This document shows positions 35,061 to 44,324 of a stretch of 64,000 bases of DNA, one piece after another. The notes under the pieces were generated by a model. It did not search any database and had not been told where the DNA came from. It saw only the letters and a program-made list of their open reading frames with translations. The position numbers and the translations under genes were made by a program. Position 1 is the first letter of the stretch; each line of letters starts with the position of its first letter. The stretch is from an uncultured Ardenticatenaceae bacterium (GTDB lineage: Bacteria > Chloroflexota > Anaerolineae > Promineifilales > Promineifilaceae), in NCBI GenBank assembly GCA_964410625.1, contig CAYPHY010000009.1, positions 48,992 to 112,991 of the forward strand, written 5' to 3'.

Positions 35061-37622
35061 TTACGGCAAGCTACTTGTTACTATGTTCACCAATCTGCCA
35101 GGGACGAAGATGATGTTCTGGATAACGCGGCCGTCCACGTGCCGCTGCACGACCGCGCTTTGCATGGCAGTTTCTCGCATCGTTTGTGGATCGCTATCGG
35201 CCGCTATGGTCATTCGATCTCGCACTTTGCCATCCACCTGCACTACAATCGTCACCTGCTCGTCAATGGTCAGCGCTTCGTCATAGGTCGGCCAGGGTTG
35301 GCGGTGGACGGAATCCGTCCCGCCCAGCACGGTTTGCCAGATCTCTTCGGTGATGACCGGCGCGATGGGGGCCAGCAGCAGCGTGAAGTCGCGAATGGTC
35401 TCTCGCCATTGCGCGGCCGATCCGACTCCCGCTTCCCGCATCACGATCAATTCATTCAGATGTTCCATCAGTGCAGCAACGGCCGTGTTGAAGCGAAACT
35501 GCTCCATCTCTCGTGTGATGCGCTGGATCAGCTTATGGCGGCCGCGTTCCAATTGCGGATCGCGGATTGGGGATTGCGGAGAGGTGGGGAAATCCGCAAT
35601 CGGCATTCCGAACTCCGCAATCTCTTGTGTTAGTCGCCAGTATCGTTCCAGAAAGCGACTGACGCCAATGATCCCGCGGCTATCCCAGACGACGCTGGCG
35701 TCGAATGGGCCGACGAACAGGATGTAGGTGCGGGCGGCGTCCACGCCCCATTCCGCTACCACCTCATCGGGCGTGACGACGTTGCCCTTTGACTTCGACA
35801 TCTTTTGCCCGTCTACGGCCGAATGCAGCATCCCCTGGTTACGCAGTTGGGTAAACGGCTCGATGAAATCCACCAGCCCGGCATCGTACATCACCTTTGT
35901 CCAAAAGCGAGCATATAGCAGGTGCATGACGGCGTGTTCCGCCCCGCCGACATAGAGGTCAACGGGCAGCCAGCGGCGAACGGCTTCGGGGTCAAACGGC
36001 CGATCCGCCTCGTGCGGGCTGGGGAAGCGCAGGAAGTACCAGGAGGAGCAGGCGAAGCCATCCATCGTATCCGTCTCGCGTTGCGCCGGGCCGCCACAGT
36101 TGGGGCAGGTGGTGTTGACCCATTCGGTTGCGTTTGCCAGCGGCGAACGGCCGTCGCCTGTCGGCCGGAAATCTATCGCTTCCGGCAGCAGCACCGGTAG
36201 TTCCTCTTCCGGCACAGCCACCGCGCCGCAATCGGGGCAATGGACAATCGGGATTGGTGCGCCCCAGTAACGCTGGCGAGAGATGAGCCAGTCGCGCATC
36301 TTGTAGGCGACTTTCGGCCGCCCCGTCCCCTGTGTTTCCAGGTCGGCGGTGATTTGCGGGATGGCCTCGGCCGATTCCATACCCGTATATGGCCCGGAGT
36401 TGATCAGGGTTCCGTAACGGGTCTCTACAATAGGAGACTGAGAGATTGGGAGAGTAGGAGATTTAGTCTCCCAGTCTCCAGTCGCTTGAATAACCGGCAC
36501 GACCGCCAGCCCATACCGTTGGGCAAAGGCGTAGTCCCGCGCGTCGTTGGCCGGGACGCCCATCACCGCGCCTGTACCGTAGCCCATCAGCACGTAGTCG
36601 GCCACCCACACCGGAACGGGTTCGCCGGTCAGCGGGTGAGTGGCATAGGCACCGGTAAAGACGCCATTTTTCTCCTGATTGGCCGCTGCGCGGTCGATCT
36701 CCGTCATCCGCTTGGCCGCTTCGACATAAGCGTCTACTGCCGCCCGCTGCTCCGGCGTTGTGATTTCGGCGACCAGCGGATGCTCTGGGGCCAGCACCAG
36801 GAACGTCACCCCATACAACGTATCTGGCCGCGTCGTAAAGACCACAATCTCCCCTGCTCCTCCGCTCCTCTGCTCCCCGGCAGCCGCGCTTTGCCTAACA
36901 ACAAACGATACCTCTGCCCCCTCCGAACGGCCGATCCAATTTCGCTGCGCCGTCTTGATCGAGTCCGGCCAGTTGATCGTTTCCAGGTCGGCCAGCAGCC
37001 GGTCGGCATAGGCGGTGATCTTGAAATACCATTGCTTCAGCTCTTTGCGCGTCACCAGCGAGTCGCAACGCCAGCAACGGCCGTTTTCCACTTGCTCATT
37101 GGCTAGAATGGTCTTGCAACTGGGACACCACCACTGGCTGCCCGTTGCCTGGTAAGCCAGGCCGCGCTCAAACAGCAGGCGGAAGAACCATTGAGTCCAG
37201 CGGTAAAAATCGGGATCGGTCGAGCTAAACTCCCGCGACCAATCATAGGAACATTCGATCAGCTTGAACTGGCGCTTATAGGTGGCGGAAAATTGGCGGC
37301 TGCTTTCGCTAGGGTGGATGCCGTGCTTTATGGCGTAATTTTCGGCCGGCAGCCCAAAGGCGTCCCAGCCCATGGGATGCAGCACATTGTAGCCACGCAT
37401 CCGCATGAACCGCGCACCGACGCAGGTAGGGATGTAGTTGCGGCAGTGACCGACGGACAGGCCATCGCCGGAGGGATAGGGGAAGAAGTCGAGGATGTAG
37501 TAGTGGGACTTGCCGGGATCATCCCCGGTCTTGTACAGGTCAATCGCTTCCCAATACGGCCGCCACTTCGCTTCCAACGTTCTAAAGTCGTAGCGCGTAT
37601 TTTCAATATGCTCTTTGATCAT
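35061..37622 (-). CDS. leuS: Leucine--tRNA ligase
   Basis: Class I HIGH-type (FPYPSGDGLSVGHCRNY) and KMSKSKGN motifs, CP1 editing domain and zinc-finger-like CxxC pairs. I prefer the ATG at 37622, 5 nt after GGAGA (the track uses TTG at 37634). It carries two in-frame repeat insertions (35551-35624 and 36433-36479). Confidence 0.95.
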   Translation of the reverse strand: MIKEHIENTRYDFRTLEAKWRPYWEAIDLYKTGDDPGKSHYYILDFFPYPSGDGLSVGHCRNYIPTCVGARFMRMRGYNVLHPMGWDAFGLPAENYAIKHGIHPSESSRQFSATYKRQFKLIECSYDWSREFSSTDPDFYRWTQWFFRLLFERGLAYQATGSQWWCPSCKTILANEQVENGRCWRCDSLVTRKELKQWYFKITAYADRLLADLETINWPDSIKTAQRNWIGRSEGAEVSFVVRQSAAAGEQRSGGAGEIVVFTTRPDTLYGVTFLVLAPEHPLVAEITTPEQRAAVDAYVEAAKRMTEIDRAAANQEKNGVFTGAYATHPLTGEPVPVWVADYVLMGYGTGAVMGVPANDARDYAFAQRYGLAVVPVIQATGDWETKSPTLPISQSPIVETRYGTLINSGPYTGMESAEAIPQITADLETQGTGRPKVAYKMRDWLISRQRYWGAPIPIVHCPDCGAVAVPEEELPVLLPEAIDFRPTGDGRSPLANATEWVNTTCPNCGGPAQRETDTMDGFACSSWYFLRFPSPHEADRPFDPEAVRRWLPVDLYVGGAEHAVMHLLYARFWTKVMYDAGLVDFIEPFTQLRNQGMLHSAVDGQKMSKSKGNVVTPDEVVAEWGVDAARTYILFVGPFDASVVWDSRGIIGVSRFLERYWRLTQEIAEFGMPIADFPTSPQSPIRDPQLERGRHKLIQRITREMEQFRFNTAVAALMEHLNELIVMREAGVGSAAQWRETIRDFTLLLAPIAPVITEEIWQTVLGGTDSVHRQPWPTYDEALTIDEQVTIVVQVDGKVRDRMTIAADSDPQTMRETAMQSAVVQRHVDGRVIQNIIFVPGRLVNIVTSSLP
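35551..35624. repeat. Heptamer-array inverted repeat (ATTGCGG / CCGCAAT) inside leuS
   Basis: attgcgg atcgcgg attgggg attgcgg agaggtg gggaaat ccgcaat cggcatt ccgaact ccgcaat. It is translated on the minus strand as ...FGMPIADFPTSPQSPIRDPQLE... Confidence 0.75.
36433..36479. repeat. GAGACTG-family hairpin inside leuS
   Basis: GGAGACTGAGAGA, loop ttgggagagtaggagattta, then GTCTCCCAGTCTCC. It is translated as ...GDWETKSPTLPISQSPIVE.... Same family as 13547-13612. Confidence 0.75.
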
Positions 37623-37643
37623 GGCTGTCTCCAAAAATTATGA

Positions 37644-37685
37644 CTTGTGAATTATGAATTGTGAATGGCTAATGGGCCATTCAAA
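37644..37685. repeat. Heptamer array (ATTNTGA family) in the leuS 5' region
   Basis: cttgtga attatga attgtga atggcta atgggcc attcaaa. Confidence 0.65.
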
Positions 37686-37772
37686 CAAAAACGGCCACAG
37701 TGTGTTTACCCTGCGGCCGTTTTGACCATGATCCATTCATAAACAAAAAAGCCACAGGGCGACCCCTGTGGC
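37685..37772 (-). promoter_or_regulatory. Two terminator-like hairpins with U-tracts in the leuS upstream leader (minus strand)
   Basis: Read on the minus strand, GCCACAGGG-gtcg-CCCTGTGGC + TTTTTTGTTT lies at 37742-37772. ACGGCCGCAG-ggtaaacaca-CTGTGGCCGT + TTTTTGTTT lies at 37685-37724. Confidence 0.45.
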
Positions 37773-38185
37773 GTTTGAGTTTCAACCTGGTTCTATTTGC
37801 TTGCTCATTCGGCCGGGCAGGGGGTTAGGACGGCAACTAAGTTGCCAAGTAACAAGCCCCGTAACGATTGCCGATCAAATGAGTAATTCATTGCTATCAA
37901 TCCTGATCGCTAAACGATAATAGCAGATTAGCACAGCTATAGGGGTGTGTCAAGCGTGATTTTCTTAAAATGTGGCTTCTCTGTGTAGGGCAGCGATTTG
38001 GGAAAATCGCCGTACAGCGTGTCAACGTTCATCTGCCAAAATGGTGGCGGCCGATTCTCCTGCAACCACGCGCTCTGCTTGCTCGCTCCCGTGTCCCCCT
38101 GATAGAATAGACGACCCAGGTAAAACGATTGAGGTAGGAAGGAATAGACCCCCATTTAGCACAAAAACCCCAAAGGAATAGAGCC

Positions 38186-38617
38186 ATGACCTTGCCCTTT
38201 ATCCAAGAGAATACAGCGTCCAGACAAAAGCTTGAAACGCTTGTCCGCGGTCTATCGGCCGAAGAGCTTGCACGCACCAACCCGCATGGGTGGACGGTCG
38301 CTGCCCTGCTGGCCCACCTTGCCTTTTGGGACCGGCGCATCCTGGTCTTGTTGCGTCGTTGGAAGGCTGATGGGGTGGACGAATCCCCCGTTGACCCACA
38401 TATGATCAATGATGCTATCCAGCCGCTGTTGCTGGCGCTCGATCCGCAAGCGGCCGTTGAATTGTGCCTCGCTTCGGCCGCGGCCGTGGATGCGGAGATC
38501 GAGACGATGACGGCCGAGTTGGTCGACGAAATTGAAGCCTCGCCAAATTTTATCCGCCTCAACCGCTCATTCCATCGCTATGACCATTTGGGTGAAATCG
38601 AGCGTCTGTTGGCGTAA
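38186..38617 (+). CDS. DinB-family (DinB_2-like) four-helix-bundle protein
   Basis: 143 aa. ...NPHGWTVAALLAHLAFWDRR... shows the histidine pattern typical of the DinB/YfiT-like fold. Confidence 0.7.
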   Translation: MTLPFIQENTASRQKLETLVRGLSAEELARTNPHGWTVAALLAHLAFWDRRILVLLRRWKADGVDESPVDPHMINDAIQPLLLALDPQAAVELCLASAAAVDAEIETMTAELVDEIEASPNFIRLNRSFHRYDHLGEIERLLA

Positions 38618-38623
38618 ACGCAA

Positions 38624-38656
38624 ACGGGGTATCAGGCTTATTTCCTGATACCCCGT
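38624..38656 (+). terminator. Hairpin terminator candidate after the DinB-family gene
   Basis: ACGGGGTATCAGG-cttattt-CCTGATACCCCGT, a 13-bp stem. The 3' T-tract is weak (TTATCT). Confidence 0.45.
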
Positions 38657-38767
38657 TATCTAATCAGGCTGATAGAGCCAATTACCCGTTCGCGCTCTCA
38701 GCTGGGTGGGCTGTCTTTTTGTTTAGCGAGAAGAGTTGTTATACTTCGTTTATCCGAAAGTTCTCCA

Positions 38768-38810
38768 AAACCTCTGAGGTCTAGTCATCCTATTAAGACC
38801 TCAGAGGTTT
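38768..38810 (+). promoter_or_regulatory. 15-bp-stem hairpin about 40 nt upstream of the pullulanase start
   Basis: AAACCTCTGAGGTCT (38768-38782) pairs with AGACCTCAGAGGTTT (38796-38810), with a 13-nt loop. Function unknown. Confidence 0.35.
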
Positions 38811-38852
38811 ATTGACCCAATGCTGGCATACGAAGTTGCTGAGAGGGACAGT

Positions 38853-41800
38853 ATGAATTCTATATGGCGAATGTGCGTTTTGCTGATCGGGTTGCTGGTG
38901 GGAACGGCCGTTTATGCCCAGGGCGACGACAGCAACCTGCCCCCACCGGAGACGGTGACGATTGCCGGGACGCTGCAACCACAACTGGGGTGCTCTGGCG
39001 AGTGGAACACCACCTGCGAAGAGAGTATGCTGGTCTATGACGCGGCTAACGATATTTATATCGCCACTTTTGAGCTGACGGCCGGTGATTATGAGTACAA
39101 GGCCGCGCTCAACGGCAGTTGGACGGACAATTATGGCCTCCATGCCGAATATTACGGCCCCAACATCCCCCTTTCTGTCCCTGAGGATGGCCCCGTGACC
39201 TTCTTCTATGACCATAAGACACGCTGGATTAGCGACAACATCAACAGCATCATTGCCACTGTTCCCGGCAGTTACCAGCCTACCGTTGGCTGTAGCGGCG
39301 AGTGGATGCCCGATTGTTTGCGCTCGCTTTTGCAAGACCCGGACGGGGACGGGATTTACACCTTTGTTACCGCGCTGATTCCGGCCGGTGAGTATGAGGC
39401 GAAGGTGGCTATCAACCAGAGTTGGGAAGAGAATTATGGCGCGGAGGGAGCGGCCGATGGCCCCAATATCCCCTTCACCGTGCCGGAAAGTGCCCAGACA
39501 ACTTTCAGCTATGATCCGGAAACCAACCTCCTGACCATTTCGACCGAGGATGCGCCGCCGGATGCGATTACGTCCCTTGATCAGATAAGCGGCCCGGACG
39601 TACCGCTGATCCCCCGCGCTATTCCTCAACCCGATCTGGTGGTCATTCCCGGCACGATCCAGAGCGTGCTTGGTTGCGACGGCGATTGGCAGCCGGAGTG
39701 TGAAGTGACGGTTTTGACCTTTGACGAAGCCAACCAAATTTGGCAAGCGACCTTTGAACTGCCCGCCGGGAGCTACTTCTACAAGGCGGCGATTGACGGC
39801 AGTTGGGATGTCAATTTCGGCCTCAATGCCCAAAGAGGCGGGGCGGACATCCCGCTGAACCTGGACAGCGGCGGCCCCGTCACCTTTTATTTTGATCCCG
39901 GCACCGGCTGGGTGACGGACAGCATCAGCAGCCCCATCGCCACAGTCATCGGGGATTTCCAGGATGAAATCGGTTGTGATGCAGAGCCGCAGCCCGATTG
40001 TTTGCGCTCCTGGTTGCAAGACCCGGATGGGGATGGGCTTTTCCTTTACCAGACGCTTGATATTCCCCCTGGAGACTATACCGTCCAGGTCGCCGTTGGC
40101 CTCTCTGATGATGAGGTCTATGGCGCAGAGGGGGCACTAGGAGGTGCACCCATTTCCTTCACAGTTCCCGAAGAAGATTCGTTGGCCCTCTTTACCTGGG
40201 ACTCCGAATCGAACCTGCTCACTGCCCAGGTTGCGCTGCCCGGCCGTCCCGCCATCCCTGGCAATCTCGGCCAAACGGCCGCCCATTGGGTGACGCCCGA
40301 TACCATTGCCTGGGACCCCGACATGGAACAGGCCACGAGCTTCCAATTGCACTATGGCGACGGCCTCTCGCTGACCCCCGCCGGTATCACCGGCGGCGAA
40401 GCGATCACGCTGACGCTGGATGAAGCTGGATTGGGCGAGGAGGTATTGGCGAAGTTCCCTCATCTAAGTCGCTATCAGGCGTTCAAACTGGATGAGGCGG
40501 ATTTGCCGCTTGTGCCGGAGATTTTGCGCGGGCAAACGGCCGTTTCGGCGGCCGACGACATTGGCCCGCTGGACGCCACTGGCTTGCAAATACCGGGGGT
40601 GCTTGATGAACTTTATACCTATGACGGGCCGCTCGGAGTGACGTTTAGCGATGGCGTGCCGACGTTGAGCGTGTGGGCGCCTACGGCGCGGAGCGTCAAC
40701 CTCCATCTCTTCGCCGACAGCGATCCGGCGACGGCCGCTACGGTTGCGCCGATGACCCTGGATGAGGCGACGGGCGTTTGGACGATTACGGGGGACGCGG
40801 GGTGGAACGGCCGTTACTATCTCTATGAAGTCGAAGTTTATGCACCGACCGCCGGAAGCATCGTCACCAATCTCGTCACCGACCCCTATTCCCATAGCCT
40901 GGCGATGAATAGCACGCGCAGCCAGATTGTGGATTTGAGCGATCCGGCATTCAAGCCGGAGGGCTGGGATGAAGTGGAAAAGCCGCCCTTAGACGCGCCG
41001 GAGGATATAGTCGTTTACGAACTCCATGTGCGCGACTTCAGCGTCAATGACCCGACCGTCCCCGAAGAACATCGCGGGACGTATCTAGCCTTTACGGACA
41101 CAGAGAGCAACGGGATGCAACATCTGGCACGGCTGGCCGAAGCGGGGTTGACCCATCTCCATCTCTTACCCACGTTCGACATCACCACCATTAATGAGAA
41201 TAAAGCGGAGTGGGTGGAGCCAGACACGGCCGAACTAGCCGCCCTGCCGCCGGACTCCGAGGAGCAGCAAGCGATCATCAGCGAGATTCGCGGCGAAGAT
41301 GGCTTCAACTGGGGGTATGACCCTTATCACTACACCGTCCCCGAAGGGAGCTATGCCACCGACCCCGATGGGCCAACGCGGATCATGGAGTATCGCCAGA
41401 TGGTGCAGTCGCTGAACAACACCGGGCTGCGCGTGGTGGCCGATGTGGTCTATAACCACACCAGTTCCAGCGGGCAGGCGGGTACGGCCGTTCTCGACCG
41501 CATTGTCCCCGGCTACTACCATCGCCTGAACCGCACCGGCAGCGTGGAAACGAGCACTTGCTGCCAGAACACGGCGACGGAACACAACATGATGCGCAAG
41601 CTGATGGTGGATTCGGTCGTCACCTGGGCGGTGCAGTACAAGGTGGACGCCTTCCGCTTTGATTTGATGGGCCACCACATGGTCGCCGATATGCAAGCGG
41701 TGCGCGACGCGCTGGACGCCTTGACGGTGGAGGAGCATGGGGTGGACGGCCGCAGCATCTATGTCTATGGCGAGGGGTGGAACTTTGGCGAAGTGGCCGA

Positions 41801-43187
41801 CGATGCGCGAGGGGTGAACGCGACGCAGCCCAACATGGCGGGGACGGGCATTGGCACCTTCAACGACCGGTTGCGGGACGCGGTGCGTGGTGGCACGCCC
41901 TTTGATGGGCAGACCGACCAGGGCTTCATCAACGGCCTCTACTATGATCCCAACGAGACAGACCAGGGGCCACAAGGGGCGCAACTCGGCCGTTTGCTGC
42001 TTTTCAGCGACCACATCCGCGTGGGGTTGGCGGGTAATCTGGCCGATTATGCCTTTGTCGCTCTCAACGGTGAATTGACGCCGGGCAGCGGAATTGATTA
42101 CAACGGCAATCCGGCCGGGTATACCAGCGATCCGCAAGAGAACATCGTCTACATCGAGAAGCACGACAACGAGACGCTCTTCGACATCATCCAATATAAA
42201 GCGCCGTCGGGTAGCAGCCTGGATGACCGCGTGCGGATGCAAAACATGGGGCAGAGTATCGTCGGCTTGAGCCAGGGGATCCCCTTCTTCCACGCGGGAA
42301 CGGATATGCTGCGCTCGAAGTCGCTCGACCGCAATAGCTATGACTCCGGCGACTGGTTCAACCGGCTGGACTTTAGCTATGAGACCAACTATTGGGGTAG
42401 CGGGCTGCCACCAGCGGCCGACAACCAGGCGCAATGGCCGCTGATGCAGCCGTTGTTGGCCGACGCCAGCCTTGCCCCCGGCCGCGAACAAATTCTGCGT
42501 AGTGTGGAGCATTTCCGCGAAATTTTGCAGATTCGCCAGAGTTCGCCCCTCTTCCGGCTGCAAACGGCCGAGCAAGTCAGCGAACGACTGCAATTCCACA
42601 ACGTTGGCCCAGAGCAAATCCCAGGCCTGATTGTGATGAGCCTTTCTGACATCGGCGGTGAGAACCTTGATCCCAACTATGGCTTCATCGTCGTCTTGTT
42701 TAACGCCAACAACCAGGAACAGCAATTCAGCGAACTGTTGCTGACGGGGTTGCCACTGGCACTCCATCCGGTGCAGGCGGCTTCGACCGATCCCATCGTG
42801 CAAACGGCCGCCTTTGACCCTGCTTCAGCGACCTTCACTGTGCCAGGGAGGACGACGGCCGTCTTTGTCCTGGCCGAAGCCGATACCCCGGCGGAACTGG
42901 TTGCCCCGGAGCCAACCCCCGAACCAACCCCGGAACCGACGGCCGAGCCAACTGTTACCCCTGAACCAGAGCCAACGGCCGAACCGTCACCGGAAGCGAC
43001 GGCCGAGGCGGAAGAAGTGGCGGAGGTGGAAGAGACGCCTGTGGCTACGGATGAACCGGCGACGGTGATTGGGGAAACGGCCGAGGACGACGCGTCCAAT
43101 GCGGTCCCCTGGGTACTAGGTGGGGCGGCCGTGCTGGGCCTGGTTGGTGGTGCAGCCTATCTATGGTTCCGTCGCAGGAGTGGTTGA
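38853..43187 (+). CDS. Cell-anchored pullulanase (GH13) with four N-terminal carbohydrate-binding-like modules, a PT/PE linker and a C-terminal TM anchor
   Basis: Signal peptide [24 protein letters not shown]. Four ~110-130-aa repeats each carry G(C)xGxW...C and a Y.YK / NxSW motif. GH13 regions: [33 protein letters not shown]. Linker [27 protein letters not shown]. Final hydrophobic helix + RRRSG. Confidence 0.9.
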   Translation: MNSIWRMCVLLIGLLVGTAVYAQGDDSNLPPPETVTIAGTLQPQLGCSGEWNTTCEESMLVYDAANDIYIATFELTAGDYEYKAALNGSWTDNYGLHAEYYGPNIPLSVPEDGPVTFFYDHKTRWISDNINSIIATVPGSYQPTVGCSGEWMPDCLRSLLQDPDGDGIYTFVTALIPAGEYEAKVAINQSWEENYGAEGAADGPNIPFTVPESAQTTFSYDPETNLLTISTEDAPPDAITSLDQISGPDVPLIPRAIPQPDLVVIPGTIQSVLGCDGDWQPECEVTVLTFDEANQIWQATFELPAGSYFYKAAIDGSWDVNFGLNAQRGGADIPLNLDSGGPVTFYFDPGTGWVTDSISSPIATVIGDFQDEIGCDAEPQPDCLRSWLQDPDGDGLFLYQTLDIPPGDYTVQVAVGLSDDEVYGAEGALGGAPISFTVPEEDSLALFTWDSESNLLTAQVALPGRPAIPGNLGQTAAHWVTPDTIAWDPDMEQATSFQLHYGDGLSLTPAGITGGEAITLTLDEAGLGEEVLAKFPHLSRYQAFKLDEADLPLVPEILRGQTAVSAADDIGPLDATGLQIPGVLDELYTYDGPLGVTFSDGVPTLSVWAPTARSVNLHLFADSDPATAATVAPMTLDEATGVWTITGDAGWNGRYYLYEVEVYAPTAGSIVTNLVTDPYSHSLAMNSTRSQIVDLSDPAFKPEGWDEVEKPPLDAPEDIVVYELHVRDFSVNDPTVPEEHRGTYLAFTDTESNGMQHLARLAEAGLTHLHLLPTFDITTINENKAEWVEPDTAELAALPPDSEEQQAIISEIRGEDGFNWGYDPYHYTVPEGSYATDPDGPTRIMEYRQMVQSLNNTGLRVVADVVYNHTSSSGQAGTAVLDRIVPGYYHRLNRTGSVETSTCCQNTATEHNMMRKLMVDSVVTWAVQYKVDAFRFDLMGHHMVADMQAVRDALDALTVEEHGVDGRSIYVYGEGWNFGEVADDARGVNATQPNMAGTGIGTFNDRLRDAVRGGTPFDGQTDQGFINGLYYDPNETDQGPQGAQLGRLLLFSDHIRVGLAGNLADYAFVALNGELTPGSGIDYNGNPAGYTSDPQENIVYIEKHDNETLFDIIQYKAPSGSSLDDRVRMQNMGQSIVGLSQGIPFFHAGTDMLRSKSLDRNSYDSGDWFNRLDFSYETNYWGSGLPPAADNQAQWPLMQPLLADASLAPGREQILRSVEHFREILQIRQSSPLFRLQTAEQVSERLQFHNVGPEQIPGLIVMSLSDIGGENLDPNYGFIVVLFNANNQEQQFSELLLTGLPLALHPVQAASTDPIVQTAAFDPASATFTVPGRTTAVFVLAEADTPAELVAPEPTPEPTPEPTAEPTVTPEPEPTAEPSPEATAEAEEVAEVEETPVATDEPATVIGETAEDDASNAVPWVLGGAAVLGLVGGAAYLWFRRRSG

Positions 43188-43197
43188 GGAAGAAGCG

Positions 43198-43268
43198 ATC
43201 CACGAATCTGCACGAATTTTCACGAATGAGACTTATAATTCGTGTAGATTCGTGTAAATTCGTGGATC
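43198..43268. repeat. CACGAAT-family inverted-repeat element
   Basis: gatCACGAATCTGCACGAATTTTCACGAATgagacttataATTCGTGTAGATTCGTGTAAATTCGTGgatc. Confidence 0.85.
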
Positions 43269-43406
43269 CTTAGGAGGATTATTATTATCAATGCCTGAGA
43301 TTGAACTTAACGAATTTTCACGAATGAGACTTATAATTCGTGTAGATTCGTGTAAATTCGTGGATCCTTAGGAGGATTATTTTTATCAATGCCTGAGATT
43401 GAACTT
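43212..43406 (+). repeat. Near-perfect 98-nt tandem duplication (2 x 97 nt, 1 mismatch)
   Basis: Copy 1 is 43212-43308 and copy 2 is 43310-43406. Each contains part of the CACGAAT element, the AGGAGG RBS and the first 6 codons (MPEIEL) of the GNAT gene. Confidence 0.9.
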
Positions 43407-43868
43407 CGGGATGTGGTCGAGGCTGACCTGCCTGTTTTCTTTGAGCATCAGCTTGATCCACAGGCCAACTACATGGCCGCCTTCACCGCCAAAGACCCGG
43501 CCGACCGTGAGGGGTTCATGGCGCGTTGGCAGCGGATTATGAGCGACGACAGCACGACGAATAAAACGATCCTGCTTGACGGAGAGGTAATTGGTTCGAT
43601 TTCCAGCTTTGAACAAGATGGTGAGCTAGAGGTCACCTATTGGTTGGACAAGGCGTACTGGGGCAAGGGGTTGGCGACCCAGGCGCTCGCTAAATTATTG
43701 GAGATGACCGAGAGACGGCCGCTACATGCCCGCGTCGCCAAAGACAACATCGGCTCGCTGCGCGTCTTGCAAAAGTGTGGCTTCGTCATCGTCGGCGAGG
43801 ACAAGGGATTTGCCAACGCACGTGGCACAGAAGTGGAGGAGTATCTGCTCACGCTTCCCGAAGGTTGA
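43389..43868 (+). CDS. GNAT-family N-acetyltransferase
   Basis: 159 aa. ...YWLDKAYWGKGLATQALAKLLE...RVAKDNIGSLRVLQKCGFVIVGED... Confidence 0.85.
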   Translation: MPEIELRDVVEADLPVFFEHQLDPQANYMAAFTAKDPADREGFMARWQRIMSDDSTTNKTILLDGEVIGSISSFEQDGELEVTYWLDKAYWGKGLATQALAKLLEMTERRPLHARVAKDNIGSLRVLQKCGFVIVGEDKGFANARGTEVEEYLLTLPEG

Positions 43869-43872
43869 AAAT

Positions 43873-43949
43873 AGCTCACGCAAAGGCGCAAAGTACGCTA
43901 AGGGTTTTACACTTTGCGTCTTTGCGTCTTTGCGTACTTTGCGTGAGCT
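43873..43949. repeat. GCGCAAAG-family inverted-repeat element (copy 1 of 3)
   Basis: AGCTCACGCAAAGGCGCAAAGTACGCTAAG, loop, then CTTTGCGTCTTTGCGTCTTTGCGTACTTTGCGTGAGCT. Confidence 0.85.
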
Positions 43950-43963
43950 TTTTATAGACGAAA

Positions 43964-44001
43964 ATCTGCGTCATCCGCGTTTTATCAGCGTCATCCGCGT
44001 A
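43964..44001. repeat. ACGCGGAT-family word array (complement orientation)
   Basis: atctgcgtc atccgcgt tttatcagcgtc atccgcgta. Confidence 0.6.
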
Positions 44002-44022
44002 ACTATTTTAGGAGCTTGTTTT

Positions 44023-44313
44023 ATGAGTGTTGCCCGTATTGGCGAAACGCAAGCAAAAGAGGGCGCAGAAGAGGAACTGCGTGACTTCCTGCAATCGATC
44101 ATACCGGGGATCAAGGCGTCGGCCGGATGTCTCTCCTGCCAACTCTTTCAAAGCCAGGAGGAGCCAGGGAAATTTTTGATGATCGAGGTTTGGGATAGTG
44201 TGGAGTCGCATCAAGCGGCCGTACAAGAAATCTCGCCGGAAGAGATCAAGCGGATTCGTACACTCCTGGCGGGTGCGCCCAGCGGCCGTTACTACGATCT
44301 CATAGGTGAGTAG
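44023..44313 (+). CDS. Antibiotic-biosynthesis-monooxygenase (ABM/Dabb-fold) domain protein
   Basis: 96 aa from the ATG at 44023, preceded by AGGAG. ...GCLSCQLFQSQEEPGKFLMIEVWDSVESHQAA... is typical of the ABM fold. Confidence 0.7.
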   Translation: MSVARIGETQAKEGAEEELRDFLQSIIPGIKASAGCLSCQLFQSQEEPGKFLMIEVWDSVESHQAAVQEISPEEIKRIRTLLAGAPSGRYYDLIGE

Positions 44314-44324
44314 CGTCTATTACA

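Noticed and set aside
37640-37935. A T-box riboswitch upstream of leuS.
   Set aside because: I could not find the conserved T-box sequence (AANNNGGGTGGTACCGCG), a specifier loop with a Leu codon, or Stem I motifs. I keep it only as a generic structured leader.
37937-38155. A 72-aa minus-strand ORF upstream of the leuS leader.
   Set aside because: It has no motif and no convincing RBS, and it partly overlaps the antisense of the DinB-family promoter region. I could not support it as a gene.
38793-42803. Long antisense ORFs (408 aa at 38793-40019; 522 aa at 41235-42803) opposite the pullulanase gene. Similar cases are 51010-52443 (opposite the amylase), 25260-26675 (opposite kamA), 16228-16923 (opposite cysS), 36240-37106 (opposite leuS) and 54466-56094 (opposite the large GH).
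   Set aside because: They have no motifs and an Arg/Gly/His-rich composition typical of antisense frames in high-GC genes. In each case the sense strand has strong family signatures.
42890-43010. A repetitive DNA stretch (ccggaaccaac/ccgga...) near the pullulanase 3' end, considered as a possible mobile repeat.
   Set aside because: It encodes the (PEPT)n inter-domain linker. This is ordinary low-complexity coding sequence, not one of the word-array families.
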